Shown: positions 10,707 to 21,301, counted from the first letter of the stretch. The stretch is DNA of 64,000 nucleotides from Candidatus Aquitaenariimonas noxiae (GCA_002780005.1 PEWV01000032.1:8123-72122); one strand, 5' to 3'. Numbers and translations: made by a program. The notes: generated by a model not told the origin, from the sequence alone.

Positions 10707-10853
10707 GGTTTAAATCACAAATTACAATATACAAATCACAAACAATATACAATAAACAATGACCAAAATCACAAATTAAGGAGTTTGTTAATTGTAATTT
10801 GTAATTTGTTTGTAATTTGGAATTTGTGATTTGTAATTTATAAGGCGTAAGAT
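10707..10853. repeat. Palindromic AT-rich intergenic repeat element (caaatcacaa / caaattacaa units; left arm ...caaacaatatacaata, right arm ttgtttgtaatttggaatttgtgatttg)
   Basis: The two halves are imperfect reverse complements of each other. The same arms recur at 18062-18351, so this is a dispersed inverted-repeat (MITE/REP-like) element. It likely also acts as a bidirectional terminator. Confidence 0.6.
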
Positions 10854-11186
10854 ATGAGCAGGAATATAACTAGACTTTTAAAGGACCAGAAGTTAACTCC
10901 ATTCCAGAAACGAGTGCTTTTAGTTACTTGCAAAATTCCCAAGGGCCAAGTTAGGTCTTATAAATGGGTAGCTAAAAAAGCAGGTAGCCCTAAGTCGTTT
11001 CGGGCAGTCGGGCAGGTTTTAAAAATAAACCCGTTTCCGATCACGATACCCTGTCATAGGGTGGTGAAGAACGGCGGTACCTTAGGTGGATTTGCGTTGG
11101 GCGCTAAAAAGAAAGAAGAGTTGCTTTTAAAGGAAGGCTTGACGGTTGAGGGGGGCGTTGTTATAATTAATAGGAGAAAAGAGTAG
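10854..11186 (+). CDS. Methylated-DNA-protein-cysteine methyltransferase, stand-alone C-terminal DNA-binding/active-site domain (Ogt/MGMT family)
   Basis: Contains the IPCHRVV active-site motif and flanking helix-turn-helix. At 110 aa it lacks the N-terminal domain. Confidence 0.8.
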   Translation: MSRNITRLLKDQKLTPFQKRVLLVTCKIPKGQVRSYKWVAKKAGSPKSFRAVGQVLKINPFPITIPCHRVVKNGGTLGGFALGAKKKEELLLKEGLTVEGGVVIINRRKE

Positions 11187-11189
11187 AGT

Positions 11190-12282
11190 ATGCTGGAAGA
11201 TATAAAAGAAAATCTAAGTAGCCTAAAAAATAAACTCGCTGAGTTACGAGGTTATCTTTGAGGTAGATGAAAAAGATGTTCGGATAAAAGAAATCGAGAA
11301 AGAATTAGCAGAGCCTTCCTTTTGGTCAAGCCCAAAAAAGAACGAAACGATAGACGAACTAAAAGTCCTTAAATCGCTTACAGAACCGTGGCATAAGCTT
11401 GACAGTGAATATAAAAATATAGAAGAACTCTCTTCGATAGTAGAATCGAGCGATACCGAATCGATAGCGCATCTAAAAACTGAACTTCTGGCCTTAACGA
11501 AACAAATAGACGGCCTGGAATTCAGGACTTTATTGAGCGATCCTGTCGACAGGTCGAACGCCATTTTCAGCATAAATTCCGGGGCCGGGGGCACCGAGGC
11601 GTGCGACTGGGCTAATATGTTACTTAGGATGTACAGCAAATGGTCCGACAAGAGGGGGTACAGTATTGAGATACTGGATACTCTGCAGGGCGAAGAGGCC
11701 GGGATCAAAAATGTCACGGCAATCATCCGGGGAGAGTTTGCGTACGGGTATCTTAAGACCGAGAGCGGAGTTCATCGTTTGGTAAGGATATCGCCTTTCG
11801 ACGCGAATAAACGGCGCCATACATCTTTTGCTTCGCTTGATGTGATACCTGAAATAAGCGATGATATAAAAATTGATATAAACGAAAACGATTTAAAAAT
11901 AGACACCTTTCGTTCCGGCGGAAGCGGCGGGCAGCATGTGAATGTAACTGATTCTGCCGTAAGGATCACGCACCTGCCGAGCGGCCTTGTAGTTCAGTGC
12001 CAAAACGAAAGATCTCAGTATAAAAATAAAGCCATGGCCATGAAGATTTTAAGGGCGAAACTATACGAACTGGAACGAAAGAAAAAATTTGAAGAATTGA
12101 CCAAACGATACGACGAAAAACAAAAGATCGAATGGGGCTCGCAGATACGCTCTTACGTTATGCAGCCCTATTCTTTGGTTAAAGACCACAGGACCGGGTT
12201 TGAGACATCGAATGTCCAGGCGGTTATGGACGGCCAAATAGACGAGTTCATAGAGGCGTATTTAAAGCAAGGGAAAAAATAA
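11190..12282 (+). CDS. prfB: Peptide chain release factor 2, expressed through a programmed +1 ribosomal frameshift at CTT TGA (11256-11261)
   Basis: Frame 0 reads [23 protein letters not shown] then TGA. An SD-like GAGGT lies 3 nt upstream of the shift site. The +1 frame continues [13 protein letters not shown]...SGAGGTEA...[24 protein letters not shown] with the GGQ motif, through to 12282. Confidence 0.9.
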
Positions 12283-15200
12283 TGAATTTTATTATGGGAT
12301 TACTCAAATCCATTCTGGGTGGTATTGTAAGCTCTCAGAGCACCAGGGAATTAAGACGAATAAAGACAATAGTGGATGAAATAAACAGCTTTGAACCAGA
12401 GATATCTAAATTATCCGATGAAGGACTCCGTTTAAAAACAACAAAGTTCAAGGAGCATGTTGCCGCAAAGAAAGAAGAATTGCGCCTTGAAATCGAAGAG
12501 CTCGAAGAAAAAGCCAGGACCGCTACCTTCTCCCAGGAAAAAGACAGGCTAAGGCTAAAACTCAAAGTTTTAAGAAATAAAATGTTCAACGACATCCTGC
12601 CCGAAGCCTTTGCCGTTGTAAGAGAGGTGGGTAAGCGAACCCTTGGGATGCGGCACTTCGACGTCCAGCTTATAGGCGGGATAGTTATACATGAAGGAAA
12701 AATATCCGAGATGGCAACCGGTGAAGGGAAAACTTTAGTGGCAACTCTGCCGGCGTACCTTAACGCGCTTACCGGAGAAGGGGTGCATATAGTTACGGTC
12801 AACGATTATCTGGCCAAACGCGATAGAGATTGGATGGGCCCAATCTATGAATTCTTAGGGCTTTCCGTAGGCGTGATCCAGCACGATATGTCGCCCGAGG
12901 CAAGACAGAAGGCGTACGGTTGCGATATCACATACGGCACCAACAACGAATTCGGATTTGACTATTTAAGGGATAACATGGTCATTTCAAAGGAAGATAT
13001 CGTTCATAGGAGACTTAATTTTGCCATCGTTGACGAAGTGGACAGCATTTTGGTAGATGAATCCCGAACGCCTTTGATCATATCCGGTGCCACCGATACA
13101 ACAAATACATTTTATGTCGAGATGAGGCCTGTCGTTGACCATATCGCAAAACTGCAAAAATACCTTATTAGCGATTTCTTGAATAAGGTCAAAAAGATGA
13201 TAAACGACAAGGGGGACGGGGAGGAGACAAAGAAGCTTCTATACCTCATATACAAAGGTTCGCCGAAAGAAAAAGATTTCTTAGACCTTACTTTGAAAGA
13301 TACAAAAATGAAAACACTTTTCGATAAGGCGCTCGGCCTTTACGAAAGTAAATTAATGGAAAACGAAAGGTCTACGCTTCTGGAAAACCTATATTTTGTG
13401 TTTGATGAAAAAACCAGAGAAGTTACCTTCACGTCAAAGGGCGAAGATGTCATGCGCCAGAAATTCAACGTGGAATTCATGATAGAGGACTTGGAGGCAA
13501 AGCTTTCCGAGATAACGAGCCGGGAAGACCTAAAAGAAGAAGAAAAGCTGATAAAAGAGAGCGAAATTACCAATCAGTATGTGCAGCAGCAGAAACGCGT
13601 TGATAGCATAAAACAGTTATTAAAGGCATACATACTGTTCCGCAGGGATGTGGATTATATTATTCACGAAAATAAAGTCGTTATTGTGGATGAATTCACG
13701 GGCCGCATGATGCCCGGCAGGCGTTTTTCAGAGGGCCTGCACGAGGCGATCGAGGCTAAAGAAGGGGTTGAGGTCCAAAAGGAGTCGCAGACCCTGGCAA
13801 CGATTACGCTGCAGAATTTTTTTAGGATGTATGGCAAGCTGTCCGGCATGACCGGCACGGCGGCAACCGAGGCCGATGAATTTGAAAAGATATACGGGCT
13901 GCAAGTTATTGTCATACCTACCAATAAACCTTTATCGCGGACAAATCTTGGCGATGTCATATATAAAACAGAAAGAGAAAAATTCAACGCCATATGTTCG
14001 GAGATAGAGGCTCTATACAAGGAAGGCAGGCCGGTCCTAGTAGGAACTATATCTATTGAAAAGTCTGAGACGTTGGGCAAGCTATTAAAGCGGCGCAACG
14101 TGCCGCATTTTGTTCTAAATGCCAGGTATCATGAAATGGAGGCGCATATAGTTGCGCAGGCAGGAAGATATCAGGGCATCACAATCGCTACAAATATGGC
14201 CGGCCGCGGTACCGATATCCTTCTAGGAGGCAATGCCGAGTATTTGGCCGAGGACGCTCTTAATAAGCTTGAGATAGAGTCGCCTGAGGAGAAAAGAGAG
14301 GTTAAAAAGAAGTATCTTGAGGAATACAAGAGAAAGACGGATGAGGAGCACGAGAAAGTTGTTTCGCTGGGCGGATTGCACGTGATCGGAACGGAAAGGC
14401 ACGAATCCAGGAGGATAGATAACCAGCTGAGAGGGCGATCCGGAAGGCAAGGGGATCCCGGATCATCCAAATTTTACCTCTCTTTAGAGGACGATCTCAT
14501 GCGGATCTTCGGTTCCGACAGGATAAAGATGATTATGGAGCGCCTAGGCATGGAAGAAGGCCAGGAAATACAGAACCCTCTCGTCACCCGAGCCATAAGG
14601 ACCGCGCAGAAAAGGGTAGAGACGCAGAACTTCGAGATAAGGAAACACCTTCTTGAATATGACAATGTTATGAATCAACAGAGGGAACTCATATACGAAC
14701 GAAGGCGAAATATTATTTTGGAGGACAATCTTACCGAAGAAGTTTTTGATATTTTAGGCACGATATTAGAAGATTGGCTGCAAGATTTTGAAGGCTATGA
14801 AGAATATCTCGAGGATTTTTGCAAGAAGCTGCGGATCAAGTTTTTATTAGGCTTTAACCCGAAGGATCTTTTGGAATTTTCAAAAGATGAAATAATAGAT
14901 AAGATCATCGAAACAGCAAAAGTTTATTACTCAAAGAAAGAAAAAGTGCTGGGAGAAGACAAGGCAAGATTTTTGGAAAAGATGATCATGCTTAGATTGA
15001 TAGATATGAATTGGAAAGATTACCTTTTCAGCATGGACCAGCTCAGGGAAGGCATCATGTGGCGCTCTTACGGACAGAAAGACCCTCTCGTGGAATATCA
15101 ACATGAGGCGTTTACCATGTTCAGCGACCTTATAAAGACAATAGACGAAGAAATAGTGGAAAGGCTTTTCAAGACGTTTGCCGTAGAAGAAAAATTTACG

Positions 15201-15419
15201 CAGAGCGTGTTCAAAAAGGAAAAAGAGACTTTTGTGCACGAGGAATATTCAGCCCTTAATGCCCAAGCCGGTCCCGCCGATGCGTCCGAGCCGTCTCCAG
15301 CTATGAGTATGCAACCCGCTCGGGATATTACGTTTAAAAGAGAAGAACCAAAAGTCGGAAGAAACGACCCCTGCCCGTGCGGCAGCGGGAAAAAATATAA
15401 GAAATGTTGCGGTAGATGA
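12282..15419 (+). CDS. secA: Preprotein translocase ATPase SecA (long form, about 1045 aa, with insertions)
   Basis: DEAD-like motor and Walker A (GEGKT), the SecA helical scaffold, and the C-terminal zinc-finger [14 protein letters not shown] are present. The start overlaps the prfB stop (TAATG). Confidence 0.95.
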   Translation: MNFIMGLLKSILGGIVSSQSTRELRRIKTIVDEINSFEPEISKLSDEGLRLKTTKFKEHVAAKKEELRLEIEELEEKARTATFSQEKDRLRLKLKVLRNKMFNDILPEAFAVVREVGKRTLGMRHFDVQLIGGIVIHEGKISEMATGEGKTLVATLPAYLNALTGEGVHIVTVNDYLAKRDRDWMGPIYEFLGLSVGVIQHDMSPEARQKAYGCDITYGTNNEFGFDYLRDNMVISKEDIVHRRLNFAIVDEVDSILVDESRTPLIISGATDTTNTFYVEMRPVVDHIAKLQKYLISDFLNKVKKMINDKGDGEETKKLLYLIYKGSPKEKDFLDLTLKDTKMKTLFDKALGLYESKLMENERSTLLENLYFVFDEKTREVTFTSKGEDVMRQKFNVEFMIEDLEAKLSEITSREDLKEEEKLIKESEITNQYVQQQKRVDSIKQLLKAYILFRRDVDYIIHENKVVIVDEFTGRMMPGRRFSEGLHEAIEAKEGVEVQKESQTLATITLQNFFRMYGKLSGMTGTAATEADEFEKIYGLQVIVIPTNKPLSRTNLGDVIYKTEREKFNAICSEIEALYKEGRPVLVGTISIEKSETLGKLLKRRNVPHFVLNARYHEMEAHIVAQAGRYQGITIATNMAGRGTDILLGGNAEYLAEDALNKLEIESPEEKREVKKKYLEEYKRKTDEEHEKVVSLGGLHVIGTERHESRRIDNQLRGRSGRQGDPGSSKFYLSLEDDLMRIFGSDRIKMIMERLGMEEGQEIQNPLVTRAIRTAQKRVETQNFEIRKHLLEYDNVMNQQRELIYERRRNIILEDNLTEEVFDILGTILEDWLQDFEGYEEYLEDFCKKLRIKFLLGFNPKDLLEFSKDEIIDKIIETAKVYYSKKEKVLGEDKARFLEKMIMLRLIDMNWKDYLFSMDQLREGIMWRSYGQKDPLVEYQHEAFTMFSDLIKTIDEEIVERLFKTFAVEEKFTQSVFKKEKETFVHEEYSALNAQAGPADASEPSPAMSMQPARDITFKREEPKVGRNDPCPCGSGKKYKKCCGR

Positions 15420-17011
15420 ACGAGACAGTGGAAAGTGATCAAGTGGTCAAGTGGTCAAGTGGTCAGGCAATAAAACGCTTGGCTACCCGGTTATTTGGCC
15501 GTTTATCATTATGTGTACTTTCCTCTGTTTTACTGATCTTCTCCTTTCCTAATTTTGAATTTTCCTTCGTGGCGTGGTTCGCCCTTATTCCTTTCTTTTT
15601 TGCGGTACGGGGAGAGAGCGATGGCGGCGCATTCTTTCTGGGATTTATTACGGGATTGATTTTTTACCTGGGCTCTATGTATTGGCTTATTCACGTGACC
15701 ACGCTCGGTTTTATACTATTGTCCATGTATTTAGCTTTATATTTCGGAATAGCCGGAATTTTTTTAAGATATATAATAAGCGATATACGCAGCGCCGTTT
15801 TGGCCGCGTCTCCCATATGGGTTGCGTTGGAATATCTGCGCTCGACTATACTTACGGGAATGGGCTGGTCGCTTTTAGGTTATTCGCAGTATAAAAATTT
15901 GTCGATAATTCAAATCGCCGACATAACTGGCCCGTACGGCATTTCCTTTCTTATTGTAATGACAAATGTCCTAGCGTATCAATTATTGAGCGGCCAATTG
16001 TCTAGAGAATCAAAATCGCTTACTAATCCGGCAATGAGGCAAGTGCTTATCTCCGTCTTATTTATACCGATAGTATTGGGCTATGGCTATTCCAAGCTTA
16101 ACAAGAGCGAAAGCGGCATACCTCTAAAGATCTCTGTTGTTCAGGGCAATATTTCGCAGCATCAAAAATGGGATGAAAATTATACAGATTTTATTTTCGG
16201 ACGCTATTATGTTCTGACAAAAGAAGCAGCCTTAGACAAGCCGGACCTTATAATATGGCCGGAGACATCCTTTCCGGGATATTTCGGAGCTGAAAAAGAA
16301 CTGACAGATAAAATGAAAACTCTGGTGAGTGAGGTAAAAATACCGGTTCTTTTCGGCGCGCCTACAAACGATCACAACAGCGCTTTTTTGATTTATAAAA
16401 CAGGAGAAGTAACGCAGCAATATAACAAAATCCATCTGGTTCCATTTGGCGAATATGTGCCTCTTGAGAAGTGGCTTGGTTTTGTTCATAATATAGCGCC
16501 TTCTCCTATTGGAGGTTTTAAGGCCGGAACTGAATACACAATTTTTTCCCTGCCGTCTGCAACCCATAGCCTAAAACCTAAAACCCGTAACCTATCAACT
16601 GGCTTTAGCGTCCTCGTCTGCTTTGAGGACATATTCCCTCAGCTTGTAAGGCAATTTGTCAAACAGGGCGCGGCATTTTTGGTTAACATTACAAATGACG
16701 CGTGGTTTGAGGAAAGTTCGGCCCCTTATCAGCATGCGCAGGCTTCCGTATTCCGCGCGGTTGAGAACAGGGTTAATGTTGTACGGGCCGCGAATACCGG
16801 CCTTTCCTGCTTCATAAACCCTACAGGAAAGATTTTCAGCAGGGTAGAGGATCGAAGCGGGAAGGATATATTTGTAGATGGTTATGATACGGCGGATATA
16901 ATAATAGAACATAAAAATTCTTTCTATACAAAATACGGAGATATTTTTGCATACTTATGCATAGCCATTTCTGTCATATTTCTAACAAAAAATAATAATC
17001 AAAACGAATAA
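15416..17011 (+). CDS. lnt: Apolipoprotein N-acyltransferase
   Basis: N-terminal multi-TM region plus a CN-hydrolase domain ([13 protein letters not shown]...VCFEDIFP...NITNDAWF). The ATGA start/stop overlaps secA. Confidence 0.85.
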   Translation: MNETVESDQVVKWSSGQAIKRLATRLFGRLSLCVLSSVLLIFSFPNFEFSFVAWFALIPFFFAVRGESDGGAFFLGFITGLIFYLGSMYWLIHVTTLGFILLSMYLALYFGIAGIFLRYIISDIRSAVLAASPIWVALEYLRSTILTGMGWSLLGYSQYKNLSIIQIADITGPYGISFLIVMTNVLAYQLLSGQLSRESKSLTNPAMRQVLISVLFIPIVLGYGYSKLNKSESGIPLKISVVQGNISQHQKWDENYTDFIFGRYYVLTKEAALDKPDLIIWPETSFPGYFGAEKELTDKMKTLVSEVKIPVLFGAPTNDHNSAFLIYKTGEVTQQYNKIHLVPFGEYVPLEKWLGFVHNIAPSPIGGFKAGTEYTIFSLPSATHSLKPKTRNLSTGFSVLVCFEDIFPQLVRQFVKQGAAFLVNITNDAWFEESSAPYQHAQASVFRAVENRVNVVRAANTGLSCFINPTGKIFSRVEDRSGKDIFVDGYDTADIIIEHKNSFYTKYGDIFAYLCIAISVIFLTKNNNQNE

Positions 17012-17152
17012 GGTAACATTTCTCACCTTCCTTGAGCGTCAAAATCCAAACTTATTTAGCGATATAAAGTTAAGAAAAATAGTTTTTGCCGATTTTACTA
17101 GTAGGCGCATGATTTAATCTTGACTTGCCGATGCTATTTGTGTTAACATAAA

Positions 17153-18061
17153 ATGGTTATGAAACGTAAAGCGATACGCAGCGTTCTTTATTATCTTTTA
17201 ATAATTGCTAGGTTCATAATTAGGCTATTTCCTTTGGGGCTGGGGCTTTTTATAGGAGGTATATTAGGAAGATTAGCATATTATATAGTAAGAAAAGAGC
17301 GCATAAAGACACTCGCTAATTTAAGACTTGCCTTTGGCAAAGAAAAATCAGAAAAGGAAATCAGGCGTATAGGGCGTGAAGTATTTGCTAATTTAGGCAA
17401 GAATTTGGTAGAATTGGCTGATTTTCCGAAAATAAATAAGTCAAACATAAATACCCTTGTTAGTGAAAACGGGTTGCATAAAATTAACAAGGCGCTCGGC
17501 AAGAAAAACGGTGTTATAATATTAGCGAGCCATTTTGGGAACTGGGAATTACTGGCCGCGTATTTGACGCTCAAAGATTATAGAGGCCCTGTCATAGCCA
17601 GGAAGATATATTACGAAAAGTATGACCGCTTACTCAACGATCTCCGGGCCAGCAAGAATGTCGAAGTGATATACAGGGATGAAAGCCCGAAAAAAATATT
17701 GCGGGTTTTAAAAAGCGGCGGCATGATAGGGATTTTGGCGGATCAGGACGTTGATAGCGTTGAAGGCGTGTTCGTTGATTTTTTTGGAGAGCTGGCATAT
17801 ACGCCTACGGCGCCTGTCAGCTTAGCCTTGGCGACCGGGGCCCAGATTCTTCCGTGTTTTCTTATAAGGGAAGGGAACCGGCGAACTTTTATTGTTGAGG
17901 ATCCTATAGAACTGGAGATCAGCGGCAATAAAGAAAGAGATGTAGCGATTAACACCCAAAAGTGGTCAAGGGTGATCGAATCTTATTTGAGAAAATATCC
18001 CGAGCAGTGGGTTTGGATGCATAGGCGCTGGAAGACAAGGCCAGAAGATAAAAATAAATAA
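17153..18061 (+). CDS. lpxL: Lipid A biosynthesis late acyltransferase (LpxL/HtrB family lysophospholipid acyltransferase)
   Basis: LPLAT HX4D/E motif (SHFGNWELL) in an approximately 300 aa protein with an N-terminal membrane anchor. Confidence 0.7.
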   Translation: MVMKRKAIRSVLYYLLIIARFIIRLFPLGLGLFIGGILGRLAYYIVRKERIKTLANLRLAFGKEKSEKEIRRIGREVFANLGKNLVELADFPKINKSNINTLVSENGLHKINKALGKKNGVIILASHFGNWELLAAYLTLKDYRGPVIARKIYYEKYDRLLNDLRASKNVEVIYRDESPKKILRVLKSGGMIGILADQDVDSVEGVFVDFFGELAYTPTAPVSLALATGAQILPCFLIREGNRRTFIVEDPIELEISGNKERDVAINTQKWSRVIESYLRKYPEQWVWMHRRWKTRPEDKNK

Positions 18062-18351
18062 CAAATCACAATGTTCAAATTGCAAACAATATACAATACC
18101 AAAATTGCAAAATACGAAATCCTAAATTCGAATTTCGAAACAAATCCTAAATTCGAATGTTCAAATGTTCAAAACAATAGTTTTAGTCATTCGGATTTTG
18201 GTGATTCGATATTGTTTCGTATTTCGTGCTTCGTATTTCGAATTTAGATTGTCCCGCATGAAGTTTTTCTAGACGAGATTCAGCGGGATCCCGCAAAAGC
18301 GGGATAATTTGTTTGTATATTGGAATTTGTAATTTGGAATTTTAATAAATA
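18062..18351. repeat. Second, longer copy of the palindromic intergenic repeat family (shared arms caaacaatatacaata / ttgtttgtatattggaatttgtaatttgg), with an internal nested inverted repeat and a GC stem-loop (atcccgc-aaaa-gcgggat, 18288-18305)
   Basis: A 16-nt exact match (caaacaatatacaata) and right-arm similarity to 10707-10853. The internal segments cgaaatcctaaattcgaat and attcggattttggtgattcg are mutually reverse-complementary. Confidence 0.6.
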
Positions 18352-19200
18352 ATGTATAGACTACTAGCAGTCTCGATTATACTAATATTAGCCTTGTCAG
18401 GTTGCGGAAAGAAAAAAGAGCCTCTAGCTAATCCCGACGCCATTAAAGCGGCGGGTATCGGCCAGAAAATACTGCAGTTTGAGTTAACCGCGTATACCGA
18501 CAGGGGAGTGAAGCGCTGGGAAGTAAAAGGCGAGTCTGCAAACGTGGTAGATGAGGTAGTTGAGTTGAAAAATGTAATAGCGACGACTTACAGACAGGAT
18601 ACAACTCTCACGCTTGAGGCGGACGAAGGTTTCTATAATAGAGTCTCTAGTAAAGTTCATCTGGAAAAAAATGTGGTGGTCACTACCGGGGATGGGGGCA
18701 GGCTCTTGACGGATGCCTTGGATTGGGACAGCAAGAATAATATAATAACTACGGATAAACCTGTCTTGATCAAAAGGCAAGAGATAAATCTTTGGGGCAC
18801 GGGGGCGAAGGGAGAGCCGGAGTTGAAAAAAGCGCAATTCGTGAAACATATCAAAATAGAAATGGATAAGGGCGCGACACATATAATCTGCGACGGGCCG
18901 CTGGATATAGATTACGAAAATAACGTGGCATTCTTCAATGATAACGTGAGGATTACGGATGAGAAAGGCGAGATCACTTCGGATAAACTTGACGCGTATT
19001 TGAATCCGCAGACAAAGACTATCGTGAAGGCTATAGCGAGGGGAAGGGTCAAGATACTCAGGAACGAAAATTATAGCTATAGTGATGAAGCAATATATCT
19101 TGCAGAAAGCCATAAAGTTATATTGACAGGCAGGCCCAGAATTGTGATATATCCCGATGAAAAATTTGATGCTTCTTTTTTTGGAGACAAGAATGAATAA
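18352..19200 (+). CDS. LptC/LptA (OstA-like) family LPS-transport periplasmic protein, lipoprotein-anchored and possibly a two-domain fusion
   Basis: Lipobox LALSGC, a beta-jellyroll OstA-like sequence pattern in a 282-aa protein, and lptB immediately downstream. Confidence 0.6.
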   Translation: MYRLLAVSIILILALSGCGKKKEPLANPDAIKAAGIGQKILQFELTAYTDRGVKRWEVKGESANVVDEVVELKNVIATTYRQDTTLTLEADEGFYNRVSSKVHLEKNVVVTTGDGGRLLTDALDWDSKNNIITTDKPVLIKRQEINLWGTGAKGEPELKKAQFVKHIKIEMDKGATHIICDGPLDIDYENNVAFFNDNVRITDEKGEITSDKLDAYLNPQTKTIVKAIARGRVKILRNENYSYSDEAIYLAESHKVILTGRPRIVIYPDEKFDASFFGDKNE

Positions 19201-19927
19201 CGACGGGCATCTATTAAAAATAAAAGGTTTGGTGAAGGAATACGGCGGAAGAAGAGTCGTGAATGAAGTCGACATATCCGTAGGCAGAGGAGAAATAGTA
19301 GGCCTTCTCGGGCCTAACGGGGCCGGCAAAACGACCACATTTTATATGGTTACGGGAATAATCGCCGCAGACAAAGGCAATATAATATTTGATAATAAAG
19401 ATATTACAAATTTTCCGATGTATAAAAGAGCTAAATGCGGAATAGGATACCTATCGCAGGAACCTTCTATATTCAGAAAGTTGACCGTTGAAGAAAATAT
19501 AATGGCTATATTGGAGACGCTAGGGCTTTCCTATAGAGAGCGAAAAAAAAGGTTGGAGGAACTTTTGGGAGAGCTCAAAATTTCCCATCTCAAGAGAAAC
19601 AAGGCCTATACCCTATCCGGAGGAGAAAGAAGAAGGCTCGAGATAACAAGGGCGCTCGTTACAAATCCGCTTTTTATACTTTTGGATGAGCCCTTTAGCG
19701 GCATAGATCCCATAGCCGTGTTTGAATGCCAGCAGATAATAAAAGAATTAAAAGAAAAAGGATTGGGCGTTCTTTTGACGGACCACAATGTAAGAGAAAC
19801 CCTCTCCATAACGGACAGGGCCTATATAATGGCCGACGGAAAGATCCTCATTTCAGGCAATAAAGACGAACTGATTACGAACCCAAAAGCCAGAGAAATT
19901 TATCTCGGCGAAAAATTCACCATGTAG
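19193..19927 (+). CDS. lptB: LPS export ABC transporter ATP-binding protein LptB
   Basis: Walker A (GPNGAGKTT), ABC signature (LSGGERRRLEI), Walker B (ILLDEP) and the LptB-type C-terminus. The start is the ATG at 19193 (MNNDGHLL) after GGAGA. The ORF-track start at 19157 is an in-frame upstream extension. Confidence 0.9.
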   Translation: MNNDGHLLKIKGLVKEYGGRRVVNEVDISVGRGEIVGLLGPNGAGKTTTFYMVTGIIAADKGNIIFDNKDITNFPMYKRAKCGIGYLSQEPSIFRKLTVEENIMAILETLGLSYRERKKRLEELLGELKISHLKRNKAYTLSGGERRRLEITRALVTNPLFILLDEPFSGIDPIAVFECQQIIKELKEKGLGVLLTDHNVRETLSITDRAYIMADGKILISGNKDELITNPKAREIYLGEKFTM

Positions 19928-19934
19928 GGAAAAA

Positions 19935-21206
19935 ATGAAAACAAAAATGACGGAATTAAAAGGATGCAGGAGACTCTTGGAGATCGAAATACCCCAGGAA
20001 GAGGTAGAGAGCAAGTTTGCGGAGGTCTATAAAGAGATCCGAAAAGTTGCAAAGGTGCCGGGCTTTAGGCCGGGCAAGGCCCCCGAAGATATTATTGAAA
20101 AACATTACAAATCAGAAGCCGAAGAAGAGGTTTTAAAATCGCTGATCTCATCCTCATATGATGGAGCCGTAAGGGAGTTAAAAATTTCTCCCATAGAATT
20201 GCCTCAAATAGTCGATATAAAATTGGAAAGAGGCAAACCTTTTATATACAAAGCCGAGGTAGACACAAGGCCCGATATAAAAATAAAAAAATATAAAGGT
20301 CTAAAAGTTAATAAAAATAAACTGAATATAGGAAACGCCGAGATAGAAAAGGCGCTGTCCGAGCTCCTGGAGCTGAATGCAAAATTTGTTTCCGCTGAAA
20401 CACGCAATATCGCGGATGGTGTTTATACCGTGTGCGACTTGAAGTGCTTTGCCGATGGAAAGGAAATTTTTAAAAAAGACGCCCTGTGGCTGTCTGTGAA
20501 CGAGAATATGGGCATAAAAGATCTGCATAAGGGCATGCTGGGCATGAAGAAAGACGAAGAAAAAGGTATTGTCGCCCGGCTTCCGGAAAATTATCCGGAT
20601 AATACTTTAGCGAATAAAGATGTTATGTATAAGGTAAAGATCCGCGATGTAAAGGAAAAGAAGCTGCCAGCGCTTGATGATAACTTCGCTAAAGACCTTG
20701 GCAAGAACGATTTGGCCGAGCTCAAAGACGCCGTAAAAAAAGATCTGTCAAAACGCTCCGAGATCTCTATAAAAGAAGACATGAAGAAACAAATAATAGA
20801 CCAGCTTATTGAAAATTCCTCGTTTGAAGCGCCCGAATCGGTAGTGAACAAGCAGCTGGAAAGTATGGTAAGCGACACTAAAGACCGGATGTTATATCAA
20901 GGGATAAAAAAAGGGGATATAGAATCAAATGTTTCAAAAATAGAAGAACGGCTTAGGCCGCAGGCCGCCAGAGAGGTAAAGGCATTATTCTTGCTAAATG
21001 AAATAGCTAAAACAGAGAATGTACAGGTTGAACCCGCAGAGGTCGATAAGGCTATTGAAATTATTGCCAACCAGGTCAAAAAAGATAAAAAGAAATTATT
21101 GGAGGAATACGAGGAAAAGGACCTTCTGCAGAATATTATTGAACAGATCAGGGAAGAAAAAGTGATGGAGTTCTTGCTGAAAGAGGCTGAAATAACAGAA
21201 AAGTAG
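19935..21206 (+). CDS. tig: Trigger factor
   Basis: Ribosome-binding N-domain motif (GFRPGKAP), an FKBP-like middle domain and the C-terminal domain. It lies upstream of clpP as in most bacteria. Confidence 0.9.
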   Translation: MKTKMTELKGCRRLLEIEIPQEEVESKFAEVYKEIRKVAKVPGFRPGKAPEDIIEKHYKSEAEEEVLKSLISSSYDGAVRELKISPIELPQIVDIKLERGKPFIYKAEVDTRPDIKIKKYKGLKVNKNKLNIGNAEIEKALSELLELNAKFVSAETRNIADGVYTVCDLKCFADGKEIFKKDALWLSVNENMGIKDLHKGMLGMKKDEEKGIVARLPENYPDNTLANKDVMYKVKIRDVKEKKLPALDDNFAKDLGKNDLAELKDAVKKDLSKRSEISIKEDMKKQIIDQLIENSSFEAPESVVNKQLESMVSDTKDRMLYQGIKKGDIESNVSKIEERLRPQAAREVKALFLLNEIAKTENVQVEPAEVDKAIEIIANQVKKDKKKLLEEYEEKDLLQNIIEQIREEKVMEFLLKEAEITEK

Positions 21207-21298
21207 TTAGTAGATAGTAGTTAGTAGTTAGGGAGGGTCATTTCTACCTTCTACCTAACCCCTGGCTGCTAACCCCTAACTACTAAATCAAGGAGGAT
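21207..21298. repeat. Palindromic tig-clpP spacer (tagttagtagatagtagttagtagttaggg ... ccctaactactaa); likely terminator/attenuator hairpin
   Basis: The two arms are extended reverse complements of each other and are followed directly by the clpP SD AGGAGG. Confidence 0.5.
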
Positions 21299-21301
21299 GT
21301 G

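Noticed and set aside
10707-10853. Considered whether the caaatcacaa / caaattacaa repeat regions (here and at 18062-18351) are CRISPR arrays
   Set aside because: The units are not a fixed-length direct repeat separated by unique spacers. The regions are imperfect palindromes of degenerate AT-rich units, and no cas genes are present.
11244-11726. Minus-strand 160-aa ORF, and the ORF-track's internal-Met prfB fragment (11533-12282)
   Set aside because: The region is fully explained by prfB read through its programmed +1 frameshift from 11190. The Ser-rich minus-strand ORF is an antisense artefact.
18484-19338. 284-aa minus-strand ORF
   Set aside because: It is antisense to both the LptC/A-like gene and lptB (Walker A and ABC signature motifs are on the + strand). 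It is a shadow ORF.
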